From Chiloscyllium plagiosum (Eukaryota): 30,917 nucleotides of DNA. The DNA is taken from assembly GCF_004010195.1 (NCBI RefSeq), contig NC_057718.1, positions 26,006,508 to 26,037,424 on the forward strand, read 5' to 3'. The translations under genes were made by a program, and so were the position numbers. The notes under the pieces were generated by a model that ran no database searches, was not told the origin of the DNA, and worked only from the letters and a program-made list of their open reading frames with translations. Positions 10,211 to 21,975 of the stretch are shown here, piece by piece. Each line of letters starts with the position of its first letter. Within the stretch, counting starts at the first letter, position 1.

Positions 10211-11404
10211 CCTTTTTTTAATCCTTTCAGTTGTGCTACTCTCCCATTTTATGATGGAGGAAGTTGAAGAGAAGCAATCACAAAGCCTCTTCTTGCCTTC
10301 TGAAGTATATCCTTGCTCTCCTTGTATATCATGTTTCCAACCACAAGTTATGAATTCTACTTTGCAATACTGTATCAATCACTTCAAATTAATAGAGAAG
10401 TTTAACAGCACCTTTTTTTTTCAGAATCACATTGCTTTTCAGTTCTCTCCACCTACTTCTTGGCAAAAGAATGACACATTATTATCAGTTCCCCACAGGG
10501 CAGACCAGAGGATTTTACAGCCAACCCAGTGAACCCTCTGAGGTCATTGTTCCTAATACCTAATGAATGCTAAACATTTCAGCCACTCAACTGCCCCTTT
10601 ATGACTTTGAGACACAGGCAACAGGCTTGAAATGAACGTTTGGTTCATTTCCCGGTCAAGTTGTAGATCAGAACACAAGCTTTATTTGTGGAAAGATTAA
10701 TTAAGAGCTCCAGATGCTCTGGCATTAAGCATACTGCAAAAATTTGCATTAGTCAGTGTGTGACAGCTGGTGTGTGACTTTCCTTAACAGACTGAAGAAC
10801 TGATTTGGCGAATCCTCGGAAATTGTGATTCCTTTGGCATGAATTATATCCCCATTGGCAGTGGAATCTTTGCCAAATTTTGCCATTCAAGACCTTTCTC
10901 TCGAAAAGTCTTCCTTTTGCATGCAACATGTGCACATGGCTGCAGATCTGCATATTTGTTTCAAACGTTGGACAAGCTGTTTGTGTTACTAAAACACTGT
11001 TGCGCATCCTCAACATGGATATTCAGGAACATAGTATCGAGTTGAAGACTAAGTAGTACTTTGAAAACATTAGCGTGTTTCATTGCCTGAGCACGTCTCA
11101 AAGTACTTCACAGACATTTGGTTAATGAACTCTGCCACGCTTATATTGAAAAGCAGATTTGTGCACAGTGAGCCCGCACTACTGTATGAAAAATGGACCA
11201 AATAACTTGTTTTGGTGGTGTTGATTGAGGGAAAATACCCCAGCCCTCCTGTTTGACCAGAGCTCAGCTAAAATTATGTTCTCAAATTTGCAGGCAAATG
11301 AAATTGACAAGCTCTGGTACATTGATGAAAGAACCATAACAGAGTTCATTTTGACACCTTGACAACTTAGCATTAAACTGCAATTCCTTGGGGGCACTGT
11401 TGCA

Positions 11405-12535
11405 GCATAGAGTCATAGAGTTGTATAGCACAGAAACAGACCCTTTGATCCAACTCATCCATGCTGACCAAATATCTGAAATAAATCTAATCCCATTTGC
11501 CAGCAATTGCCCTGTATTCCTCTAAAATCTACCTATTCAAGTACACATCCAGATCCCTTTTAAATGTTGTACCAGCCTCCACCACTTCCTCATATCATAC
11601 CTGCACCATCCTTTGTATGAAAAAGTTGCCCCTGAGGCCCCTTTTAAATCTTTCCCCTCTCACCTTAAACATATACCCTTTTAGCCTAGGACTCCCCTAC
11701 CCTGGAAAAAAACCTTGGTCATTCACCCTGTCCATGCCCCTTCTGCTTTTTTAAACTTCTATAAGGTCATCCCTCAACCTCTGACCTTGCAGGGAAAACA
11801 GCCCCAGCCTTTTCAGCCTGTCCCTATAGCGCAAAGCTCCCAATCCTGGCAACATCCTTATAAAGTCGGAGCAAATTACTGCAGATGCTGGAATCTGTGT
11901 CGCAAACAAAAAATGCTGGAGATCACAGTGGGTCAGGCAGCATCCATGCATAGAAAGAAAGCTAACGTTTTGAGTCTAGATGACTCTTGATCAGAGCTGA
12001 AAAGTCATCTAGGCTCAAATGTTAGCATGCTTTCCATGGATGCTGCCTGACCTGCTTGAGCTCCAGTATTTTTTGTTTTCAGTGCAATGCCTTGTAAATC
12101 TTTTCTGAACCTTTTCAAGTTTAACAACATCTTTCCTAATGCAGGGAAACCAGAATTGAACACAGCATTCCAAAAGTGGCCCAACCAACGTCCTGTACAG
12201 CCGCAACGTAACCTCCCAACTCCTATAGTCAACTCCTATGACCAATAAAGGCAAACAGACCAAATGCCTTCTTTACTGCCCTGTATACCCGCAACTCCAC
12301 TTTCAAGGAACTATCAACCTGCACCCCTAGGTCTGTTTGTCTAATAACATTCCCCAGGACCTTACCAATAACTGTGTAAATCCTGCCCCGACTTGCTTTT
12401 CCAAAATGCAACACCTCGCATTTATCTAAAATTTCATTAGACCATCTGACCAAGATCCTGTTGTACTCTGCAATAACCTTCTTCACACCACTAGTTTGGT
12501 GCCACCTGCAAACTTCCGAACCTCCGATATTTCCA
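11405..12535 (-). mobile_element. CR1 LINE 3' region, interrupted by a PLE insertion
   Basis: catagagtcatagag tail. ORFs 12229-12618, 12015-12263 and 11751-11951 contain CR1 motifs (DKCEVLHFG, LYRTLVGPLLECCVQFW, RLGLFSL..RLRDDLIEV). Confidence 0.9.
11864..12085. mobile_element. palindromic PLE terminal-repeat insertion inside CR1
   Basis: Imperfect inverted arms (ggtcaggcagcatccatg / catggatgctgcctgacc; gagtctagatgact / agtcatctaggctc). Flanks gcaacatccttataaa and gcaatgccttgtaaa resemble a decayed TSD. Confidence 0.8.
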
Positions 12536-12594
12536 ATAAGATGGACCTTTTTTTTGGAGCTGAAAGTAACAATCTCATTAAAGCAGAAATCTGC

Positions 12595-12725
12595 ATGACC
12601 CTTCCTCGCGTAACCCAAAACGTTAACTCTGATTTCTCTCCACAGATGCTGCCAGACCTACTGAGCCTTTCCAGCACTCCTTTTTTGTTTCTGATTTCCA
12701 ACATTCGCAGTTCTTTAGGTTTTTG
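12595..12725 (+). mobile_element. PLE terminal-repeat fragment
   Basis: cccaaaacgttaactctgatttctctccacagatgctgccagacctactgagcctttccagc... Confidence 0.7.
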
Positions 12726-15117
12726 ATCTAATGACTTCAGATGGCGATCCTCTCCCTGGAGTTTGAGTAGCCTTGGTGTCACCATCACCCCTTCTGCTGT
12801 TCCATTTCCAGTAATATAATACCAAAGGGGTTGTGGGTAAGAAACCATGACACCAGCCAACAGTGTGAGATGTAGGCCTTTCTGCTAATTAATGCTGGTC
12901 AAGTCAGTGGGCAAGGCAAAGTACAGGAGCTTTGTAGACACAGTATGGTAAAATGATTGGTTTTTGAAGGGGCTGGCTGATTTTTTAATTCTTCCTCAAG
13001 GTAAGTATGTTTTATGTCAAACAGTGCATGGCCTGAAAGCACTGTTTTCTATGTGTACTGGTGGTTAGGATTTTTTTATTTCTTCAGATTTTCCTCTGCG
13101 ATGTTGATGACAGTGATAAAAATAAGCTTTTGATTCTCAGGCAACTGTGGTTTTCCAGCTCCTGAGGCAAATATTAATTCTTTGTATATAATCCCAGGCA
13201 GCAAGTATCATCAGATTATTCAATCACAGGAAGAGCGGGAAATGGAGCACAGCTGAGCCGAAAGCTTTTTCCTTCTGAGTTTACATATTTTTCTTCAGTT
13301 CGCTGCAATCGGAATTGAGAGACTTAGCTGATTTTCTCTAGCTTCTTCCCTGTTCAGCATACTCAGTCTAATTGTAGTGCCACTTGTGTTACTCCATGTG
13401 AGATGACGAACATTGTGCAAGCAAGCAAACAAATTCGGGAACTTACACATAATTTCTAAAAAAAAAATCACACATTTATCATCCAGGAAGGGAAATCATT
13501 CCACAGGAACCTTTCACAGTGCATCATACCCATTGCATTAACAATGTTCGAAATTTGTGATTTTGTATAGATGATTCAATTCTTATTGGCAGCTTCACCA
13601 CTCTTTGTGTGGAAGTAATCTTTTGAAAAATAAAACCGTCCGTTCTAGTTCTTTTTACTGGATACAATGGGTACCGTTCAATGTTTAGTTTTGTTTAACT
13701 AGCAATTTTGAAAGGCTAAATTTACCCTTGACTCTGTATATTTTCAGCCCTCTGCCAAGTACAACCCAGTCATGTAGCCTGCTTGAAGAGAATTTGCTTT
13801 CAACAAGGGTGCCCAGCAATATCTGCTGGGACTGAGAAAGTAAACAAGAAACAGGCAGATCCATTGATTGTCTGTGTGTTGACTTTGAAAAGAATCCCGA
13901 GTCAGCACAAAGGAATGAAATATTGAACGCAGAGTATCAGCCACGCATTGATCTTCTAAATCTCATGCTGCCAGTGTCTTTACAGTTATGAAGCATCTAC
14001 AGGGGAACATTAATCCTGCTATAGCAATTCCACAGCATGTCAATACATGCAACAAGGTTAAGAAGTTGTGGGAACGGACAGCAATTGGACTTTGCTAAGA
14101 GTCAGAGAAATGGCCTTTGTACCTTAGGTTGAATTTGTTGCGCATCTCAATGTTAATAGAACTAAATTTTCTTCGTTCTGTGTTCTCATGTAACTCAGTA
14201 CAGCAACTCAGTATATCAACTCATAGTTATTAGAAGATATACTCAAAATGTAATTCTAAGGACATAAGAGGAATGTCATTTAATTTGGTTTGAACTGGCA
14301 AACCAAATGTTCATGTGTCAGTCTAGAAATTTCTAGAATAGTTTCTTTAGTCTTCATTGAACCTGGAATTTTTAGCTGCCTAGTCATCTTAATGTTTCTT
14401 TCAACAGTCAAAAGCCTTAATCAGCAAATATTGCCTTTTTAAAAAAAGAGATGAATAAAATAATAAAGTTATGATTTAGTATCATGGTCCTGTTAGCATT
14501 ATGTGTGAAAACCTTCAGTTCAGAGCATTGTAAGTCTGGATACAACAGCAATGGAACATCAATGATGACTCTATTTTAGTTTAATTGAGAGATCTAGTGA
14601 AATGATCAAAGTCTAAATTGCTTCATGTCAATAATGTTGTGAAAGAAGAACAGATAAATTCAGTAGTGCTGGTTAGGTGATGCCTGATCTTATGTATAAA
14701 ATGCTATTGATTGCAAGTGAAAGGAATATCTTGAGGAAGTAAAGGCACTTTTGAGATGTTGAAAAAGAATGAATAAGAGCAGAATGCAGGGACTGTCCTT
14801 TAGTTTGACCCCAGCTGGTTTGGAGAGTTAGTCTCTGAATAGAGGTTTTAAATCTTTATTATTAGAACTTATACACTTGTCAGTTTTATGGAGCAGAATG
14901 TTCTTCCCCATTCACAGTAAGAAGGGACCATTTCTTATGAGGAGAGAAAGAGGTTGACTGTGTTGTACTATTGAAAAGACATGATAAACACATTCACAGA
15001 GATTTCTTCAAGTTATTCTTTTACAAATGAAAATACATCTGGAAGCTATGTTTTTGCAAGAAATACTAAGTAGAAAAAGATTCATAAATGCGTTAAATAC
15101 TGATCAGAATTCACCTA

Positions 15118-15262
15118 GAGACAGAGATATACAGCACGGTTCAACATGTCCATATCGAGCAGAAATATTAAGCTAGTCACATTTGCCAGCATTTGGCCCA
15201 TTTCTCTCCAAACCTTTCCCATCCAGATGCCTTTAAAACGTTATAATTATACCAGCCTCCTA
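15118..15262 (-). mobile_element. deleted CR1 3' end
   Basis: catttgccagcatttggccca...ccatccagatgcctttaaaacg, homologous to 11410-11590 and 17335-17520. Confidence 0.75.
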
Positions 15263-15284
15263 AACACTAACTCTTTTCCAGATG

Positions 15285-15615
15285 CCAGCTGTGGCTAACT
15301 GAGTAGAACTCTCTCCTCTGAATCAGAAGGTTGAGAGTGTAAGTCCCACTCCATAGACTTGTACACAAAAAATTACAAGTGACATTCCAATGCAGTATTG
15401 AGGGAGTCCTACACGATCAACATGCAATTGGTTTCTTGGGTGGAAGTGAAAGATCCCAAGCACTGTTTTGAAGAAGAGCAAGGGAGTTATTCCTGGTGCT
15501 CTCGCCAACATATCTTCCTCCATCAACATCACAAGCCAAATAACTGGTCATTATCGCATTGCTATTGGTGGGAGCTTGCTAGTTCAAATTGCCTGTGATA
15601 CTTTCCACACTACAT
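15285..15615 (+). mobile_element. DeuSINE-type (SacSINE1-like) tRNA-derived SINE
   Basis: Head gtggctaactgagtagaactctctcctctgaatcagaaggttgagagtgtaagtcccactcca; body aaagatcccaagcactgttttgaagaagagcaagggagttattcctggtg. Confidence 0.7.
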
Positions 15616-15619
15616 CAAG

Positions 15620-16400
15620 AAGTGGCTGGAGGCACTACATGCTGCAAAGTCTACGGGCCCTGACAACATTCCAGCAATGGTATTGAAGACTGGTGCTCCA
15701 GAACTTATCACACTCCTAGCCACTTCCAGTAATGCAGCAACACTGTCATCTACCACATGTGCAGAATTGTCCTGGTATGGCCTATATACAAAAAGCAGGG
15801 CAAACCTGACTGAGCCATTTATGGTCTCATTAGTCTACTCTCCATCATCAGTGAACTGATGGAAAGAGTGCTATCAAAAAGCACTTGCTTAGTAGTAACC
15901 TAATCAGTAACACCCAGTTTGGGGTCCCCCAGGGTCACTCAGCTCTTGTTGTCATTACAGTCTTCATTAAAATATAGACAAAAGAGCTGAATTCCAGAGG
16001 TGAGGAAAAAGTGACTGCCCTTGACCACATCAAGGCCACTTTGACTGAGTGTGAGATAAAAGGGCTGTAGCAATACTAAAGCCAGTATGAATTGGGAGAA
16101 ATCTCTCCAATGGCTGGAGTCATAGCTGGCACAAAGAAAGATGGTTGAGGTTGATGGAGATCAGTCATCTCAGTTTCTCAGCATGTCTGCCAGAGTTCCT
16201 CAGGGTGGTGTCTTGCTCTGCCATCTTCAGCTGCTCCATCGGTGACCTTTCCTATCATAAGGTCAAAAGCTGGGATGTTAATTGACCATTGAACTCTGCA
16301 CAATGTTCAGCACCATTTGCAACTCCTCAGATACTGAGGCAGTCTGTGTCCAAATTCAACAAGATCTGGACAATATCCAGGCTTGGGTTGACAAGTGATC
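15620..16400 (+). mobile_element. CR1/L2-group LINE RT fragment (family distinct from the main CR1), degraded
   Basis: KSTGPDNIPAMVLKTGAPEL, ISLLS, QFG, VTALD.IKA, VPQGGVL and IQQDLDNIQAW remnants with frameshifts. Confidence 0.8.
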
Positions 16401-17334
16401 AGTGATATTCACTTGAACCTATAACCTTTTGTCTCAAAGGTGAACAGAACTGCAGCTTTTAATACAGGCCTGGGATGGCTTGAGCAGTGAACTTTCTAAC
16501 ATAGATGCTTTGTGACCTCATTATAAGGAATCTGGTGACCGAAGGTGACAAGAAAGCATGCAAAGTGACATTTAAGCTAATGCTGGCATCTTCAACCCAA
16601 AAAGACAGTGATTGACTGTTCATCCTCTACTTAATGACAATATGCAGATGCTTGTGCTTGCTCTTTCAGTGGCCTGCTGTTTCCTGGCAATATATGGTAT
16701 CTTCTCAAACAAGATGAATGTGTTGTCTTGCAGAGCTACAACAGTTTCCAAATCATGCAGTCACAATCTGCCAGTTTTCATAGAAAGGATGGTAATAATA
16801 GTAGGTGAAAAGCAACAGAGCCCTATGTTGAGGCATCAAAATGCTAACACACATTAGGGCATGTGAAACAGTTGATGCAACCAGATTGAAGTTTGTTCAA
16901 GAGAAAGAGCATTGGGAGGATGGGCAGGGTTAGAATAAATGGGATAGCCCCAAAAATTGGAATGAGTTCCACAATGTCAGACTGTCCACACCAATGAAGA
17001 ATGATACCGACAGCTTAACAAATGCAGGCAGCCAATCTAAGCACCTTGTTCAGTGTCTCCATGTCCAAGGTGGATTTGGGGGAAATCATGTATTAGTGAG
17101 GAGTCTGGATAGGTAAAAGCTGACCTACACCATGTAAAATCACCACAGTCACATCACCTGAAGAAATTGCACCAGAGTGAAATACTTCCCTCCTGCTTGC
17201 AAGGAAGTAGCATACACCCAGACGCAGTGAATGCTAACCACTGTCTGTACTTAACCCAAGCACTGTGGAACTCCTTGTACAAATCACTGTGACATGGAAA
17301 ATGACGAAATAATGGTATAACGTGGAAGGGAGTG

Positions 17335-17702
17335 TAGAGTCATAGAGATGTACAGCACCGAAACAGACCCTTCGGTCCAACCTGTCCATGCCGACTAGAT
17401 ATCCCAACGCAATCTAGTCCCTCCTGCCAGCACCCGGCCCATATCCCTCCAAATCCTTCCTATTCATATACCCATCCAGCTGCCTTTTAAATGTTGCAAT
17501 TGTATTAACCTCCACCACTTTCTCTGGCAGCTCATTCCATACATGTACCACCCTCTGCATGAAAAAGGTGCCCCTTAGGTCCCTTTTATATCTTTCCCCT
17601 CTCATCCTAACCCAATGCCCTCTAGTTCTGGACTCCCTCACCCCAGGGAAGAGACTTTGTCTATTTATCCTATCCATGCCCCTCATGATTTTATAAACTT
17701 CT
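17335..17702 (-). mobile_element. CR1 3' end with tail
   Basis: ORF 17414-17734 contains EVYKIMRGMDR...FFMQRVVHVWNELP. tagagtcatagag tail. Confidence 0.92.
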
Positions 17703-17721
17703 TTAAGTTGCTGATCTCTGA

Positions 17722-17860
17722 GGGCCCTATTCACTCCCTGGTTACTCTTTTGTCCTTAATGTGTTTGTAAATACCCTTTGGATTCTCCTTAATGCTATTT
17801 GCTAAAGCTACCTCATGCTCCAATTTTGCACTTCTGATTTCCCTCTGAAGTATACTCCAC
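17722..17860 (-). mobile_element. internal CR1 ORF2 fragment
   Basis: Reverse complement encodes REIRSAK.EHEVALANSIKENPKGIYKHIKDKRVTRE-like CR1 sequence. Confidence 0.7.
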
Positions 17861-18154
17861 GGTTCTGGACCTCTACACTAGTGGAGGAGGTGCAAAGGTG
17901 ATAAGGTGGTCTATATCCACTGAAGAAGAGGCAATCCTTCGGAAACATTCAGCCAAAATAGTAAGACTGAATGTTTGAGGTGGACAATAGCCAAGATCAA
18001 TCTCCATGGGCCTCGATACTGTGACACAAAAATGTTAATACTTTCACATGGGACCAGAGAAAATCCACAATACAAAGAGACCAAACAGCCCATTATGACT
18101 ATACTGGCTAAATAAACGAGCCACCAACTTCCATTTCAAATTCAATGGACCCTA

Positions 18155-18685
18155 TTGTGGCATAGTAACAGGGTTCCTGCCCCTGGATCTGAAGGCATAG
18201 GTTCAAGTCCCATCTGCTGCAGAGGTGTGTCGTGATATCTATGAGCAGGTTGATTAGCAAAAATAAGTTAAATTAAGAAAGAGCATTTGTAAAAATTCCA
18301 CAGTCTAGCAACTTGCATTAGTTCTGGTGCAGAACCAAGTTTTTTTAAAATAATATGGGAGTTTCCACCTCAACCATCAATGAGACAGTGAAGTCCAGGC
18401 ACCCACCAACATCTGGGTGAAAATGTCTTTCCTCATGTCCCCCTTATCCTTCAGCACTGTATCCCTAATAAGATATTTTCTAATTCATCTGTTCAGAAAT
18501 GACACACCTCCAGAGGAGTTGGAACTTGAACCTGGGCCTCCTGGCTCAGAGGGAGGGACAGTACCACAAGCCCCTGTCCTCAGTCAACTTGCTCAGACAT
18601 GTTGTGAGGCATTTCTAGCATAGGTGGGACTTGAACCTGAGCCTTCTGCCTCAGAGGCAGGGACACTACCACTGCACCAGAAGAA
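18155..18685. mobile_element. cluster of short tRNA-like SINE heads (one +, two -) among degraded CR1 pieces
   Basis: ggttcaagtccca at about 18200 (+). ggaacttgaacctgggcctcctggctcagagg at about 18521 and gggacttgaacctgagccttctgcctcagagg at about 18626 (-). Confidence 0.55.
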
Positions 18686-18924
18686 CATCTGTCCCCTTCT
18701 CATTGACCTATCCACTGGGGGAAACAGCTACTGTAACCAATTAGCTCATTATTTTGTACACATCAATTAAGCCACACACCCCCACCCCCCACGCCCCACC
18801 TACTCTGTTCTAAACAAAATAACCATAATCTATCAAACCTTTTTGCATAGATACAATTTTCAACACCTGGCAGTACTTTTGTAAATCTCTTCTGATCTCT
18901 CTCTTTGTCTTTCCTATAACACAT

Positions 18925-19340
18925 GAGTGTTCAAGGTCAGTTAATGCATCTTCAAAGGCCATATCACACCAAATGTATAATTAGCTTCAGACACTGCACA
19001 ATTCACTGCACACTCATCACTCAATGATCAACAGTCTCCATCAATCAAGACTGTTAGCCAACATTCATGACTTCATGTCACCTTAACAATTCTGTAAGCC
19101 TCACATTCACCTCTCACTGCTTGCACTTAACTGCTGGCTATTCAACCACCGCAGTTATGTCACCCAATCAGACTGTGCTTCATTCAATGAAGCATTTCCC
19201 TCTCCCTTGCATGTCAAGTGGCAAACCACCAGACACCTATCCTCACCTTGATGGAAGAGACAGTGTTTGCCAGCATTGGAGTGGGTGTTGCTGAAGCCAT
19301 TGAAATTGACAGGGCTGAGTCCATTGAAAATCATCCATGC
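18925..19340 (+). mobile_element. possible Harbinger Myb/SANT-like accessory gene remnant (intron-containing)
   Basis: ILTLMEETVFASIG..VAEAIE peptide, preceded by a decayed acceptor (tctcccttgcat) and an upstream caag|gtcagt donor. Confidence 0.4.
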
Positions 19341-20291
19341 CCCGACCCAATCTGCCATCTTATCTCCTATTTCCCATTCACCCCATGCTTTCTTTTGTAT
19401 TAGAAGTTCCAGATAGTGTAAGTACATATTATTTAATTTTGTCTTTGTCCACCTTGTACATTTTCTCAGATTTTGACAAATTACTGTGTAACCTAGCAAT
19501 GGTGGAAGAGCAATATATTATAATTGGGCAAGAAGACAGCAATGATGTTCAAAAACTGTTGATTGATATAACATCCAGGCACTGGTTCAGACATTAACAC
19601 AGTGTGTAATTTAATACATTAGGTGGAGGATTGGCACATACTCAGTCATCAGTCATGAAAGACCCGCAGCCAGGTCATAACACAAGGCTTGTGCAGGTGC
19701 TAACTCACCATAGAATGAGGTCTCACAAGGTCTGTGGAGGATTCAGTTTTTTCTTTATTCTTGCATGGGATATGAATGTTGCTGGCAGGATTGGTTCCTG
19801 TTGCCCAATCATAATTGTCCTTGAGAAGGTGGTGGTGAGTTGTCCACTTTAACTACTTTAATCCACGGGTTATGGATACACCAACATTGCTATTAGGAAA
19901 GAAGTTCTGAGATATTGATCCAGCACCACTGAAGGAATGACGATGTATTTTCAAATCAGCACACTATTCAGCTTGGAGAGGAACTTCCAGTTGGTAGTGT
20001 ACCCAAGTGTCTTTACTTCTTGACCTTCTAGATAGTGGAGGTTGTGGGTTTGGAAGGTTCTGTCAGAGGAGTCTTAGTGAGTTGCTGTAGTGCATCTTAT
20101 GCCATGCACACAATTCAGGAAGAGAGATCATAGATTCATTTGAACAGCTATTGCATCTTATTTATTTTACAATGAACTTTGCTGGATGAAAATTTGGCTA
20201 CCACTGATCATATGGTACGGTGGGCTTCACTTCTGTAAATGTCTGATCAGCAGACGGCCTAAGACAAAGTTTGTAATGTCAAACTCTCGTA

Positions 20292-21190
20292 TTTTATGAA
20301 CCCTGCAATTCATTAACACCAAAAGACCAGTTGACAAGCTATCTCACCCCAGCTAGTTCAATACAAAAAGGAGCTTTTAGAACTCATTATGCCTGATGTG
20401 GTACTAATGGCTCATTCTTTTTTTCATACAAATGAATAATTGTCATTACTCAGAGACAGAAAAGCTCCTCATTAAGTTCATATATGACTCATCACAGGAC
20501 ATTCACATAACCAAAGTCCCTACCCCATGCCCCACCCTGGCTTCTGGAGAGGTTAATTGTAATTTAAGGATGTCCCTGTATCAGTATATCTGATAACAGT
20601 CTAGTTATTGCTAACGTCAGTCTGCTAAACAGTTAAGGCAACACCACACCTAGACCCCAGGCTGAGGTAAATGTGTCTCAAGTCTCAACATCTTTGTACC
20701 CTGGTTTATGGAAGAAATCATTCATTTGTCAAAAGAGTGGACCAACCTCATATTGTTATGACCTCACCAGCACACAAAGAGATCCTGCAAGTTCAGCCAA
20801 CTGCAAGAACCTTCACTGGACACAGATTCATGACAAAATGAATCACATTAGTTAATGCCATATCTTTGATTTATGTTTCTTTTAATCGCAACACCTTCTC
20901 TTCAATTCCTCTCTGTTTTCCTGTGCTTGTGTGTGTACATATTTTATGAATCAACCCTGGGTTTGATTGCATTTAAAACCATAATATTGATTCAATCTCA
21001 AAGCCAAGTAGGACTCAAGAGAGTTTGTATCATTTAAAAATTGAATTTCACAAACAGGGTTTGAGGGGAGCACGTTACAGCCTATCTCAAAAGGAAAAAG
21101 AAATAAGAAAAATTAAGCAATTCCTCTGCTATGGAGTGAAGAGGAGAAAAAAAATGTAATTCAATTTATCTCGCGTTTCTGTCCATAGCG
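20292..21190 (+). mobile_element. probable degraded solo LTR
   Basis: Ends ttttatgaac... and ...gtccatagcg resemble a decayed TGTTA...TAACA. Internal composition is LTR-like, and part of it is duplicated at 21363-21580. Confidence 0.4.
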
Positions 21191-21580
21191 TTTATATATA
21201 GGAGACAATGCACCTGCTGAGGATTGATGAAGGTACAGAATGTTTAGATGATGAACTGATTAAGAGTGCTGCTTTGTCCTGGATGGTGTCAAGCTACTTA
21301 GGTACTATTGATGCCACATTCATCCTACCTAAGTGTTTCCATTCTATTTTATTACATAAAATAGCTTTTAGAACTCATTATGCCTGATGTGGTACTAATG
21401 GCTTATCCTTGTACTCATATAAATGAACAATTGTTCTTACCAGAGGTAGAGAAACTCCTCATTAACCACACCTCGTTAATATATGACTCATCACAGGACA
21501 TTCACATAACCAAAGTCACTACCTCAAGCTCCACCCTGGCTTCTGGAGAGATTAATTGTAATTTATGAATATCCCTGTAT
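20372..21580 (+). repeat. ~210-bp imperfect direct repeat (20372-20581 and 21363-21580)
   Basis: Both copies share agcttttagaactcattatgcctgatgtggtactaatggct, atatgactcatcacaggacattcacataaccaaagtc and ccaccctggcttctggagag. Confidence 0.95.
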
Positions 21581-21768
21581 AGTGTACATAGATTATTGGT
21601 GGTATACTATTAAATAGTATTGTATTATGTAGTATTCTATTACACTCCTAATTGTTCCTTGATGTTAGACAGATTTTGGGAAGTCGGGAGTAACTGTGTT
21701 ACTCAATACAGAATTCCCAATTTCTGGCCTGCTGTTGTAGCTACACTATTTGTATAGCTAGTCCAGTT

Positions 21769-21852
21769 GATCAGCCATGATTATATTGAATGGCGGTGCA
21801 GGCTCGAAGGGCTGAATGGCCTACTCATGCACCTATTGTCTATTGTCTATTG
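21769..21852 (+). mobile_element. CR1 extreme 3' tail with (tctattg)n
   Basis: gatcagccatgattatattgaatggcggtgcaggctcgaagggctgaatggcctactc...ctattgtctattgtctattg. Confidence 0.85.
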
Positions 21853-21975
21853 TCAGTTTCTAGTAAACGGTTACCCCCAGGATGTAGATAGTGGAGGATA
21901 CACTCAAAGATGATAATGCCATTGAATGTCAAGGGCAGATAGTTAAATTATCTCTGGTTAGAGATGGCCATTAGT

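Larger units (their letters stand above)
19745..21975 (-). mobile_element. fragmented CR1/L2-group LINE (pieces at about 19745-20100, 21215-21330, 21640-21975) with nested insertions
   Basis: Colinear minus-strand LINE remnants: 3' end ttgagaaggtggtggtgag...; ggatggtgtcaagc...; cagaattccc...ggttacccccaggatg...gccattgaatgtcaaggg. Confidence 0.7.

Noticed and set aside
11960..12025. Active hammerheads in the 11864-12085 hairpin (also 26881-26910)
   Set aside because: Core or stem nucleotides are mutated (CTGATCA and AAAA; CTGAAAA; disrupted stems), so they are probably inactive.
13748..13777. PSAKYNPVM after an acceptor, resembling an opsin/GPCR NPxxY region
   Set aside because: Immediate stop codon, no Tyr of NPxxY, and no other GPCR exons found.
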